Positions 44,705 through 53,683 of a stretch of 64,000 nt of DNA are shown piece after piece. The stretch is from an uncultured Aliarcobacter sp. GTDB lineage: Bacteria; Campylobacterota; Campylobacteria; Campylobacterales; Arcobacteraceae. The position numbers were made by a program, and so were the translations under genes. The notes under the pieces were generated by a model, which did no database searches, was not told the origin of the DNA, and saw only the letters and a list, made by a program, of their open reading frames with translations. How positions within the stretch are numbered: position 1 is the first letter of the stretch; the number at the start of each line of letters is the position of its first letter. The DNA lies in assembly GCA_963664305.2 (NCBI GenBank), contig CAXXLV010000002.1:1504001-1568000 (forward strand). Reading direction: 5' to 3'.

Positions 44705-46495
44705 TTATTTGTGTAATTTAAACACGTGAACAGAGCCACCTTGGTTGATGTTTTTAACTGCTTTTGCAACTTCACCACCCCATAAAGGAACAGCTCCACC
44801 CCAACCAGAAACAACAGCTACATATTGCTCACCATTTTGTTCCCAAGTAATTGGAGAACCAACGATTCCTGAACCTACGTTAAATGAGTATAAAACTTTT
44901 CCATTTTGGTCATCTAAAGCTAATAATTTACCTTCAGGAGTTCCAGTAAATACTAAACCACCAGCTGTACTTAACACTCCTCCCCATAATGGAGCTTTAT
45001 TTTTGTAAACCCATTTAATTTGTCCAGTTACAGGATCAACCGCTTTTAAAGCACCAATGTGGTCTTCAAAAATTGGTTTAATTGTAAACCCTGCTCCTAA
45101 ATATGCTGCACCTTTTTTGTACGATACTGGTTGATTCCAAATATCCATTCCCCACTCATTTGTTGGAACATAGAATAATCCAGTGTTTTGAGAATATGAA
45201 ATTGGCATCCAGTTTTTAGCACCTAAGAATGAAGGAACTGTAAATACTGATGTTCCTTTTCCACCATCAACTGCTGCACCTGGTCTATTATCTTCATTTA
45301 CAATTGGTCTTCCATTTTCATCAATTCCTTTTGCCCAAGTAATATTCTCAGCAAAAGCAACTGATCTAATATATTTACCAGTTGTTCTATCTAAAACGTA
45401 GAAGAATCCATTTTTGTCAGCTGTTGCTCCAGCTTGAACTTTTTTACCATCTTTATCTTTGTAATCAAATGGAATAAACTCTGACATACCATCAAAATCC
45501 CATCCATCATGTGGAGTTGTTTGGAAATGCCATACAATTTTTCCAGTATCTGGATTAACTGCAACTCTTGAAGCAGAATATAAGTTATCCCCTTTTCTTA
45601 AGTGTGAATTCCATGGTGCTGGATTTCCAGTTGGAACGAAAATTAAATCTGTATCAGGGTCATATGTAACACCATTCCAAGGAGCAGCTCCACCTGATTG
45701 CCACATGTCACCTTCCCAAGTAGCGTTTAATGTACCACTAATTCCATTTTCTTTACCATTTAAGTATCCCATATGACCTTCAACCATTGGTCTCATCCAT
45801 ATAAGTTCACCAGTTTTTGGATCTCTAGCTTCTACTTTACCAACAACACCAAACTCACCACCTGAAATACCTGTGATAACTTTGTCTTTTACAATTAGTG
45901 GAGCAGCAGTTATAGAATAACCATCTTTATATTCAGAAACTTTTTTCTTCCAAACAACTTTTCCAGTTTTTCTGTCAAGTGCAACTAATTTTGCATCTAA
46001 AGTTCCAAAAATAATTAGATTATCATAAATAGCAGCACCTCTATTTATAACGTCACAACATGGTAAAATTGCATCTGGTAAGTTTGCATCATATTGCCAA
46101 ATTTCTTCACCCGTTGCTATATCAATAGCAAAAACTCTTGAATAAGAAGCTGTAACATACATTACACCATCTTTAACGATTGGTTGAGATTCTTGACCTC
46201 TTTGTTTTTCACCACCAAAACTAAAGTTCCAAACAGGAACTAAATCTTTAACACTATCTTTATTAATTTGTGTTAAAGATGAAAATCTTTGTCCTTGTTG
46301 TCCTAACCCATAAGTTAAAACATCATTTGTTGTTTTTGCATCATTTGCAATTTCTTTGTAAGTAACTGCATTATATGATGGTTCTGTAACATTAGTTGTG
46401 CTATTATTAGTAGCGTTGTTTGAAGCAACACAACCACTAATTAGTGCAGATAGTGTAACGGCAACTGCACTAGTTAGCAATTTATTTTTAATCAT
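44705..46495 (-). CDS. pedH: PQQ-dependent alcohol dehydrogenase, lanthanide-type (PedH/ExaF-like), predicted lipoprotein
   Basis: GQESQP, vicinal PCCD, GGEFG, GNPAPWN, WDFDG (45488-45502), C-terminal [11 protein letters not shown]; lipobox ISG-C. Confidence 0.88.
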   Translation of the reverse strand: MIKNKLLTSAVAVTLSALISGCVASNNATNNSTTNVTEPSYNAVTYKEIANDAKTTNDVLTYGLGQQGQRFSSLTQINKDSVKDLVPVWNFSFGGEKQRGQESQPIVKDGVMYVTASYSRVFAIDIATGEEIWQYDANLPDAILPCCDVINRGAAIYDNLIIFGTLDAKLVALDRKTGKVVWKKKVSEYKDGYSITAAPLIVKDKVITGISGGEFGVVGKVEARDPKTGELIWMRPMVEGHMGYLNGKENGISGTLNATWEGDMWQSGGAAPWNGVTYDPDTDLIFVPTGNPAPWNSHLRKGDNLYSASRVAVNPDTGKIVWHFQTTPHDGWDFDGMSEFIPFDYKDKDGKKVQAGATADKNGFFYVLDRTTGKYIRSVAFAENITWAKGIDENGRPIVNEDNRPGAAVDGGKGTSVFTVPSFLGAKNWMPISYSQNTGLFYVPTNEWGMDIWNQPVSYKKGAAYLGAGFTIKPIFEDHIGALKAVDPVTGQIKWVYKNKAPLWGGVLSTAGGLVFTGTPEGKLLALDDQNGKVLYSFNVGSGIVGSPITWEQNGEQYVAVVSGWGGAVPLWGGEVAKAVKNINQGGSVHVFKLHK

Positions 46496-46544
46496 ATTCT
46501 CTCCTTATATAATTTTAATAACAGACCAAATTTGTCTTATTGAA

Positions 46545-46576
46545 AGTATACATAACAAATATAGCCTAAGTTTAGC
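46545..46576 (-). promoter_or_regulatory. pedH promoter: GCTAAA-N5-GCTATA plus -10 TATACT
   Basis: + strand TATAGC 46560, TTTAGC 46571; -10 at 46545-46550. Confidence 0.72.
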
Positions 46577-47354
46577 TATGGTTTATTTTTTTAGATTTAA
46601 ATCCAACAAACGCCATAAATAGGCTAATTACCAATGAAATTAGTAAGATAAAAAACACCTCAAAATCATATTTTCCATAAAGTGAAAAACGAATAGCCTC
46701 TACTATATAAGTAAAAGGATTAGATGATGAGATATTAAACAATAAAATAGACGAATCTTTTATCTTCCAAAGAGGATATAAAGCACTACTTAAAAAGAAC
46801 ATTGGGAAAATTACAAAGTTCATAACTGTTGCAAAATTCTCTAACTGTTTTATTACAGAAGAGATAAATAAAGCAAAAGCATTTAAGATTATTGATGAAA
46901 TTATGATTATTGGAACTGTTAGAAAAATATCTAAAACCGATAGTTCAACCCCATACCATTTAGCAATAAATAAAAAAGTTAAAGCTTGAAGAGTTGATAC
47001 GATTGCAGTTGCAAACATCTTACAAAAAAGTAGATAATTTCTATTTATATATGATGTTAAAAGTATTTTCATACTTCCCATCTCTCTATCAAAAATCATA
47101 GTTAAACTACTTTGCATTCCATTAAAAAGTAAAACCATTCCAACAAGCCCTGGAACTATATATGTTTCATAAGTAATATATGTTTCATAAGGTGGAATAA
47201 TTGCCAATCCAAGTGCTGTTTTAAATCCAACTGAAAAAATAAATAACCATAAAAGTGGTCTAACAAGTGCAGAAAAAAATCTACTTTTTTGTTTTAAAAA
47301 TCGTATTAACTCTTTATATACAATTCCATTCATGCAATAGATATATTTTTTCAT
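46572..47354 (-). CDS. pedC: ABC-2 type permease of PQQ-alcohol dehydrogenase clusters (PedC-like)
   Basis: RFFSALVRPLLWLFIF, PPYETYITYE, FNGMQSSL..DREMGSM, QLENFA.VMNFVIFP. Confidence 0.88.
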   Translation of the reverse strand: MKKYIYCMNGIVYKELIRFLKQKSRFFSALVRPLLWLFIFSVGFKTALGLAIIPPYETYITYETYIVPGLVGMVLLFNGMQSSLTMIFDREMGSMKILLTSYINRNYLLFCKMFATAIVSTLQALTFLFIAKWYGVELSVLDIFLTVPIIIISSIILNAFALFISSVIKQLENFATVMNFVIFPMFFLSSALYPLWKIKDSSILLFNISSSNPFTYIVEAIRFSLYGKYDFEVFFILLISLVISLFMAFVGFKSKKINHS

Positions 47355-47358
47355 TTTT

Positions 47359-48078
47359 TCATCCTACAATTTGCTTGAATGTATCAACCAAATTCTCTTT
47401 TTCATATTTTTTAACAATATTTTTTACAATTCCAGTTTCTATTATTTCACCATTTTTTATTATTGAAATATTGTCATTTTCTTTTACCTCATCAAAAAGA
47501 TGTGTAATCCATAAAACAGAAATTTGTTTCTCTTCTACTAATTTTCTTACATAATCCAAAATATCAAATCTACTTTTTAAATCCAAACCAACAGTTGCTT
47601 CATCTAATAATAAAAGTTTTGGTTTATTTATCAATGCTCTTAAAATCTCTACTCGTCTTCTGTGTCCACCATTTAGTTTTCGCACTTGTGTATCCATAAC
47701 ATCTAAAAGTTCAAGTTTTTCTATTTCATCTTTTATTGAAAGAAGTGTCTCTTTAAAATTTAAACCTTTTAAAGAGCCATAGTAATAAAGATTTTGTTTT
47801 ACAGTTAAATCTAAATCCAAAGTTGGTTCTTGAAAAACAATCCCAATATCTTTTAAAGCATTTGAATAATCTTTTATTGAGTAGTTATTTATGAAGATTT
47901 CTCCAATTTGAAGAGATTGAAGTCTTGTAATCAAAGAAAAAATTGTAGATTTTCCTGCACCATTAAGTCCTAATAAAACAGAAAAAGCTCCCTCTTTTAT
48001 GGAAAAAGAGACATTATTTAATACTCTCTTTTTTCCATAATAAAAATCTATATCATTTAGTTCTAAAATATTTTTCAT
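47359..48078 (-). CDS. pedB: ABC ATP-binding subunit (PedB-like)
   Basis: GLNGAGKS, VFQEPTLDLDL, LNGGHRRRVEI, LLDEATVGLD. Confidence 0.88.
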   Translation of the reverse strand: MKNILELNDIDFYYGKKRVLNNVSFSIKEGAFSVLLGLNGAGKSTIFSLITRLQSLQIGEIFINNYSIKDYSNALKDIGIVFQEPTLDLDLTVKQNLYYYGSLKGLNFKETLLSIKDEIEKLELLDVMDTQVRKLNGGHRRRVEILRALINKPKLLLLDEATVGLDLKSRFDILDYVRKLVEEKQISVLWITHLFDEVKENDNISIIKNGEIIETGIVKNIVKKYEKENLVDTFKQIVG

Positions 48079-48079
48079 T

Positions 48080-49039
48080 TTATTTATTTGGAATAACAGC
48101 TAATCCCCAAGGATATCTTCCTACAGGAATTGTTTTTTCAACTTTTAATGACTCAACATCAATTATTGAAACATCACCACTTACACCATTTGTTGTATAA
48201 AGTTTTTTCTCTCCATCTACAAAATGTAACTGCCAAACTCTTTTTCCTACAAGTAAATATTTAATTACTTTATATGTTTTTGCATCAATTACAGCAACAT
48301 GATTTGCAGGTCCTAAAGCAACAAAAGCATATTTTCCATCACTTGTAAGTTTAATTCCAACTGGTTGAATTAAATCTTTAAAAATTCCAGGAATTTTAAA
48401 TCCAATTTTTGCAACAGATGTTTTAGTTTTTGCATCAACTACCATAACTGTTCCACCAATTTCACTTGAAGCCCAAACCATACTTCCATCATGTGAAAAC
48501 TCAATATGTCTTGGTCTTTGATCAACCAATGTGTTATGAATAATCTTTTTTGTTTTTGTATCAATCCAGTGTAAAAAATTTGAAGTTTCTGTTGTATTAA
48601 TAGCAACACTTCCATCAGGACTTACAGCCATACCTTCTGGTTCAACACCTACATCGATTTGAGCTAATACAGATTTGTTTTGTGTATCAACAACAGTTAC
48701 AATTGCATCATCTTCATTTGAAATATATAACTCTTTTCCATCAGGAGTTAAAGCAAATTGTTCAGGGTCTTCACCTGAAGGTAAATCATATAAAATCTCA
48801 TTTGTTTTTGTATCCATTACTTGAACTGTATCATCATCACTTGCACAAATATAAAGTTTGCTATAGTCATTACTTAATAAAATTCCTCTTGGTCTTTGAC
48901 CTACTTTTACAGTTTTTACAACTTTATTTGTATCTGAATCTATTATGCTTAAAGTATTATCTTTTTCATTTGAAACATAAACTGTATCAGCCATAAGCAT
49001 ACTTGTTAAAATTGATATTGATAAAAAAGTCTTTTTCAT
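48080..49039 (-). CDS. Periplasmic YVTN beta-propeller, PQQ-catabolism associated (PedA2-like)
   Basis: YVSNEKDN, GQRPRG, SGEDPE, GVEPEG, GRYPWG; signal peptide; SD favours ATG at 49039. Confidence 0.88.
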   Translation of the reverse strand: MKKTFLSISILTSMLMADTVYVSNEKDNTLSIIDSDTNKVVKTVKVGQRPRGILLSNDYSKLYICASDDDTVQVMDTKTNEILYDLPSGEDPEQFALTPDGKELYISNEDDAIVTVVDTQNKSVLAQIDVGVEPEGMAVSPDGSVAINTTETSNFLHWIDTKTKKIIHNTLVDQRPRHIEFSHDGSMVWASSEIGGTVMVVDAKTKTSVAKIGFKIPGIFKDLIQPVGIKLTSDGKYAFVALGPANHVAVIDAKTYKVIKYLLVGKRVWQLHFVDGEKKLYTTNGVSGDVSIIDVESLKVEKTIPVGRYPWGLAVIPNK

Positions 49040-49068
49040 ATTTTTATTCTCCATTTATTTTATGATGA

Positions 49069-49144
49069 ATTTTATATCATCTTTATAGCCTAAGTTTAGC
49101 GATTGTTTTATTGCTAAACTAAAGCTATAAATATCCATTATAAT
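49069..49144. promoter_or_regulatory. Divergent promoters, each with a GCTAAA-N5-GCTATA box 9 nt from a -10 hexamer
   Basis: Minus: TATAGC 49084, TTTAGC 49095, -10 TAAAAT 49069-49074. Plus: GCTAAA 49113, GCTATA 49124, TATAAT 49139-49144. Confidence 0.75.
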
Positions 49145-49167
49145 CAATGAACTAAAAAGGAGAAAAA

Positions 49168-50319
49168 ATGAAAATAATTTTATTTTTACTACTGCTATTA
49201 AATTTTATTTATGCAGATATCTTAAATACAAAAATTTTATATTTAGAACAAAAAATTGAAAAACCACCTGTTTTATCAAATATCATAGAAGAACCTGATG
49301 ATTTAGGTTTAAAAGGTGCCCAAATTGCTGTAATTGATAGTAATAAAAGTGCTAAATTTTTAAATCAAAACTTTGAACTTGAAACAAAAATATCTTATGA
49401 TGAAAATGAGTTAATAACTGCTTTTGAAGATTTTATAAAAGCAAATAACAGTTATGTGATTTTAAATGTTGAAACAACTCTTTTTGAAAAAATCGTTAAA
49501 AATCCACTTTCAAAAAATGCTTTATTAATAAACGCAAGCAATGAAAGCACACAAATTAGAAAAAATTATTGTGTTAAAAATCTAATCCACACAAGTGCAA
49601 GTAACGCAATGCTTTATGATGGATTAGTTCAATTTTTAGTAAAAAGAAATTTTAAAAATATTCTTTTAATAAGTGGAAAAAATCCAAAAGATATAGAAAT
49701 AGCAGATGATATAAAAAGAGCTGTTAAAAAATTTGGAGCAAAAATCGTTGCTGAAAAAACTTGGGAGAACAATAGTGATATCAGAAGAAAAGCTTCTGAT
49801 GAAATTCCTGTATTTACACAAGCAAAAGATTATGATGTAGTTTTAGTAGCAGATTATTATGGAGATTTTGGAGAGTTAATCTATTTTAACTCTTGGCTTC
49901 CAAGACCAGTTGCAGGAACTCAAGGATTAACTCCTGTTTTATGGCATAAAGTTATCGAAGCTTGGGGAGCTGCTCAAATGCAAAGTAGATTTGAAAAGTT
50001 CTCTTCAAGATGGATGCAATCGCGTGATTATTCAAATTGGCTTGCAGTTAGAACAATCATCACATCTATAGCAAAAACAAATACAAATGATTTAAAAACC
50101 AATCTTGATTTTATTTACTCTGATGAGTTTGATGTTGGTGCATATATGGGAAGAAAACTCTCTTTTAGAGATTATAATGGACAAGTTAGAATTCCTATTT
50201 CACTTGTTCAACCAAGAGCTTTGATTTCAACTTCACCACAAGTTGGTTTCTTACATCCAACAACAGATTTAGATACACTTGGAATTGCACCTTTTGAAAT
50301 GGAATGTAAAAATGAATAA
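49168..50319 (+). CDS. ABC substrate-binding protein of PQQ-ADH clusters (PedA1-like)
   Basis: DYDVVLVAD..GDFG, PRPVAGTQGL, WGAAQMQSRF, SPQVGFLHP..DLDTLG. Confidence 0.85.
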   Translation: MKIILFLLLLLNFIYADILNTKILYLEQKIEKPPVLSNIIEEPDDLGLKGAQIAVIDSNKSAKFLNQNFELETKISYDENELITAFEDFIKANNSYVILNVETTLFEKIVKNPLSKNALLINASNESTQIRKNYCVKNLIHTSASNAMLYDGLVQFLVKRNFKNILLISGKNPKDIEIADDIKRAVKKFGAKIVAEKTWENNSDIRRKASDEIPVFTQAKDYDVVLVADYYGDFGELIYFNSWLPRPVAGTQGLTPVLWHKVIEAWGAAQMQSRFEKFSSRWMQSRDYSNWLAVRTIITSIAKTNTNDLKTNLDFIYSDEFDVGAYMGRKLSFRDYNGQVRIPISLVQPRALISTSPQVGFLHPTTDLDTLGIAPFEMECKNE

Positions 50320-50773
50320 AATCTTTTTATTCATTTTTCTTTTCTCTTCTTTTTTACACGCAAATTATGAAATCATAGAAAATGAAAACTTTTTTGTTGT
50401 AAAAACAGCAAACACAAATTTTCAAGAAAATCTTTTAAAACTAAAAGATGAGATAAACTTTCAAGGTTTTGTGATAGTTTATGAATTAAATCTAGCAAAA
50501 TCAACAAATGAAGTAGCAACTTTACTTGAAAAAAAATCTTATCTAAAAAATGGTACAAATCTAGGAATTTGTAAAGCAAGTTTTACGTATGAAATGGTAG
50601 AAGAAAATTTTAATAATATAAATTATTGCCCTCTTGGATTATCAATATATGAAGATTTTGATGGTTCTTTTTATATTTCATTTAAAAAATATAAACCCTT
50701 TAAAAATGAAGAAAAAATAGCAAATAAGATAAATGAAAAACTGAAAGATTTGATTTTTAAAAGTTTAGAGTAA
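50312..50773 (+). CDS. Exported DUF302-like protein
   Basis: Signal peptide from MNKIFLF; conserved Cys pair (GICKAS ... INYCPL). Confidence 0.65.
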   Translation: MNKIFLFIFLFSSFLHANYEIIENENFFVVKTANTNFQENLLKLKDEINFQGFVIVYELNLAKSTNEVATLLEKKSYLKNGTNLGICKASFTYEMVEENFNNINYCPLGLSIYEDFDGSFYISFKKYKPFKNEEKIANKINEKLKDLIFKSLE

Positions 50774-50777
50774 AAAT

Positions 50778-51653
50778 TCAAACTTCTTTTAAGTACTCTA
50801 AAATTTTTAGATTTTTTATCTCAAACTTTGAAAAAGCGAACCATTTTTTCCCTAAATCTTTCAAACTTGCTCCTATATGAAAAACTTCTTTTTTATCGAT
50901 TATTAGAAATCTATCGTGAGAGCTTTTAAACTCATAAAGTTCTATATTTTTGTATTGTTTTTGGTACTTTTCAAAATCTAGTTTTAATGATTTTGAAATA
51001 GTATGAATATAAATTCTGGTTTTTATATTTGGATATTTAGAAAAAAGAGTAAAAACTGTTTCATCTATATAGTTATCGATTAAAGTTATTTCATTTGTTG
51101 CATTTTTTAATAAATCATTTATAAAAACATACGCATCAAAAATCTCTCCATTATAAAATATCCCTTGTTTTGGTTTTAGTTTTTTGTCTTCAAGCGAGTT
51201 TGAGATATTTTCTACTTTTGATTTTAGGATTATTACTTCTTTTTCCAGTTCTTTAAATCTTTGATTAGTAATTTTTTCACCATTAATAGCATAACCATTT
51301 TGAATATAATTTTTTAATATAGAAGTTGCCCATTGTCTAAATTTAACACCTTTTTGCGATTTCACACGATAACCAACAGAGATAATTACATCTAAATTAT
51401 AGTATTCAATATCTCTTCTTACTTCTCTTTCTCCTTCCTTTTGAAGTGTCGCAAATTTTGCGACAGTTGAATATATTTCTAATTCTTTATCTTTGAAAAC
51501 ATTACTAATATGTTTACCAATTGTTTTTATATCTCTACCAAAAAGTTCTGATATTTGGTTTCTATTTAGCCATACAGTTTCATTTTCAACCGAAACATTT
51601 AGTTCTAATTCACCATCATTATAAACTACTATATTTGATTTATTTTCTTCCAT
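50778..51653 (-). CDS. RhuM-family DNA-binding protein with C-terminal PLD-like nuclease domain
   Basis: ETVWL, YNLDVIISVGYRVKS.KG.KFRQWAT; HDRFLIID..HIGASLKDLGKK. Confidence 0.8.
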   Translation of the reverse strand: MEENKSNIVVYNDGELELNVSVENETVWLNRNQISELFGRDIKTIGKHISNVFKDKELEIYSTVAKFATLQKEGEREVRRDIEYYNLDVIISVGYRVKSQKGVKFRQWATSILKNYIQNGYAINGEKITNQRFKELEKEVIILKSKVENISNSLEDKKLKPKQGIFYNGEIFDAYVFINDLLKNATNEITLIDNYIDETVFTLFSKYPNIKTRIYIHTISKSLKLDFEKYQKQYKNIELYEFKSSHDRFLIIDKKEVFHIGASLKDLGKKWFAFSKFEIKNLKILEYLKEV

Positions 51654-51761
51654 TTTTAGCCTTTTGGATTTATAGAAGTAATTATATGGATTTTGCTGAT
51701 TAATAATAAAAAATATTACAATTTGTTATTTTTTATTTCTTCAATTTTTTTAGGAAAAACA

Positions 51762-51781
51762 GCCATCTTAAAAAAGATGGC
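51762..51781 (-). terminator. Intrinsic terminator of the porin transcript
   Basis: gccatctt-aaaa-aagatggc, then TGTTTTT on minus strand. Confidence 0.75.
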
Positions 51782-51788
51782 ATATCTT

Positions 51789-51893
51789 TTAGTGAGTTAA
51801 AATATAATGAATTTGATAGAACATATTGATATAAATACCAATAAGTCCTATCATTCCTATCATACCCGCGCCATGTTCTTTTAGGAGTTTCAT
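51789..51893 (-). CDS. Putative 34-aa hydrophobic small protein MKLLKEHGAGMIGMIGLIGIYINMFYQIHYILTH
   Basis: Manual translation; fills the gap between the porin stop and the terminator; no clear SD. Confidence 0.5.
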   Translation of the reverse strand: MKLLKEHGAGMIGMIGLIGIYINMFYQIHYILTH

Positions 51894-51899
51894 TTTATT

Positions 51900-53099
51900 T
51901 TAAAATTCGATATTAACTGCACCAACAACAGTATGCATATCTTCTAAACTGTTTTTATCAAAATCACCAAATGCATATCTTAAACCAAGAGTTGCACTTT
52001 TATTTAAAGCATAAGATAAACCTAAATCATATTCGTTGATTTTTAAATCTTCATTTAAACTTGAAAAAGTTGTATCTTTGATTTTATGTTGAGCTATATT
52101 TGACTCTAATGTTAAAGCTTGTGTTAAATCATATTCAAAATTTAAAGCAAAGATAGTTGTATCACCATATTTTCCAACTCTATTAAATGAATCCGTCCCT
52201 AAATCAGCATTTGTAAAATATGTTACAGGTAGATTTTCCCCTGATACATAACCATCTTTTGTATGAACTGCTGCTGCACCAATTTTAAAATCATTGATTT
52301 GTTTAGCAACTTTTAAATATGCTCCAAACATTTTTTCATCAACTTGTCCTGCTGTCGAATTACTTCTATCACCAGTTCTTTTTTCAACTTGTGTTTGTAA
52401 TTCTAATCCAGCAACTTCACCCATTGCAAAGGCATTGAACATATGACTTGTTGCATCATTATAAATTGCAGAATTTGTAGCTGTTTCAGTATTGTTTTGT
52501 AAGTAAACATATCTTCCACCAACAAGTAATTTATCAAGAATAACTTGTCCACCTAAACCATATGCATCAAAATCTCCAGTTCCAGTTCCTGATGAATTAG
52601 CACCTAAGAATGTATTTTGGTCATTATTTTTACCTTCAACTGCTTTAAAATCAAATGCATATAATAAAGTATTTTCAACTGGTGTATAACCTAAAAGAGC
52701 TAAATCAATTTTATCTCCATTAGAACCATAAAAAGGTGTTCCATATGTATCATTTATTCTTCCAGCAATTAGTAATTTATCTTGATTAAATGGAACTGTT
52801 ACATAAGCTTCTTCCCACTCAAAAGTATCGTTTGAGTTATCACCCCAAGCATCATTTTGTAATTTTATAGCTGTGTGAACTTTTATACCTTCAAGTGTAG
52901 TAAAGTCTAAATTTAGATTAACTTCTGAATCAATAATTTGTTTATCTTTTTTAACTGTTGCTGTATCACCTTTTACAGAAATTCCCCTAACTTCTGCATC
53001 ACCAGAGATTTTTAAATCTGATGCTATTTCTATAGTACCTGCCATTAATGAACTTACTACAACTGATGTTGCAAAACTGATTAATCCTAACTTTTTCAA
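51900..53099 (-). CDS. Outer membrane porin-like beta-barrel
   Basis: Signal peptide, alternating beta-strand pattern, C-terminal Phe (..AVNIEF); TTG start with SD AAGGA. Confidence 0.78.
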   Translation of the reverse strand: MKKLGLISFATSVVVSSLMAGTIEIASDLKISGDAEVRGISVKGDTATVKKDKQIIDSEVNLNLDFTTLEGIKVHTAIKLQNDAWGDNSNDTFEWEEAYVTVPFNQDKLLIAGRINDTYGTPFYGSNGDKIDLALLGYTPVENTLLYAFDFKAVEGKNNDQNTFLGANSSGTGTGDFDAYGLGGQVILDKLLVGGRYVYLQNNTETATNSAIYNDATSHMFNAFAMGEVAGLELQTQVEKRTGDRSNSTAGQVDEKMFGAYLKVAKQINDFKIGAAAVHTKDGYVSGENLPVTYFTNADLGTDSFNRVGKYGDTTIFALNFEYDLTQALTLESNIAQHKIKDTTFSSLNEDLKINEYDLGLSYALNKSATLGLRYAFGDFDKNSLEDMHTVVGAVNIEF

Positions 53100-53159
53100 A
53101 CTATTTCCTTTATAATTTTTTTTACATAAATTTATATGAAAATAAATTTTGTATTCGTT

Positions 53160-53235
53160 ATTATATCAAGGAGTTATAGCCTCAGAATAGCCCATAAATA
53201 GCCTATCTATAGCGTTTATATAGCTTAATTATAGC
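53160..53235 (-). promoter_or_regulatory. Porin promoter: six ATAGC (GCTAT) repeats at exact 11-bp period plus -10 TATAAT
   Basis: Hexamers at 53175, 53186, 53197, 53208, 53219, 53230; -10 at 53160-53165. Confidence 0.8.
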
Positions 53236-53278
53236 ATTAATAAAAAATTATTTTTTTGTAATTTTAAGTACATTTTTT

Positions 53279-53683
53279 TTATTTGTATTTACCGTATTCC
53301 TTAAAAGTTTTATCTTCAAAAATAACAAAAACTGTTTTAGTTTCTTTATCATTTTCATAAGCTGGAAGAGATAATCCTATAGAATTTTTTACAGGATTTT
53401 TTAAAAAATCATTTATTGCTAGACTTGGAACATTTCCTTCAAATACAAAATCTTTATATATTGAAGTATTACAAGATTGTATCTCTTTTGGTATTCCAAC
53501 ATTTCTTTTTAATGCTTTCATATCAATCATTGATACAACATCCACACTTTCATTTACATCACTCTTGATTTTGTCTAACCAATCTTGGGGACAAGTGCTA
53601 CTAACTGGCTTAAATATTTGAATCTTTTCATCAAATGCAAATAGACTCAAAGCCAAAAACAAAATAAATACTAACTTTTTCAT
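53279..53683 (-). CDS. Exported DUF411-like protein with altered metal ligands
   Basis: SCNT..FEGNVP..GLSLP resembles DUF411 SCHT..EGHVP..GLAVP. Confidence 0.6.
   Translation of the reverse strand: MKKLVFILFLALSLFAFDEKIQIFKPVSSTCPQDWLDKIKSDVNESVDVVSMIDMKALKRNVGIPKEIQSCNTSIYKDFVFEGNVPSLAINDFLKNPVKNSIGLSLPAYENDKETKTVFVIFEDKTFKEYGKYK

Noticed and set aside
46390..46425. N-glycosylation sequons (NAT, NST, NVT) in the PedH linker
   Set aside because: They lack the D/E at -2 required by Campylobacter jejuni PglB; cannot be supported from sequence
44705..46495. Methanol dehydrogenase (XoxF/MxaF) or quinohaemoprotein ADH
   Set aside because: Motifs ([21 protein letters not shown]) are ExaA/PedH-type; no C-terminal CxxCH; the partner is c550 PedF with aldB
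53175..53235. Periodic repeats as a CRISPR array or iterons
   Set aside because: Units are 5-6 bp with 5-bp spacers, recur at seven promoters at a fixed distance from -10, and no cas or rep genes are nearby
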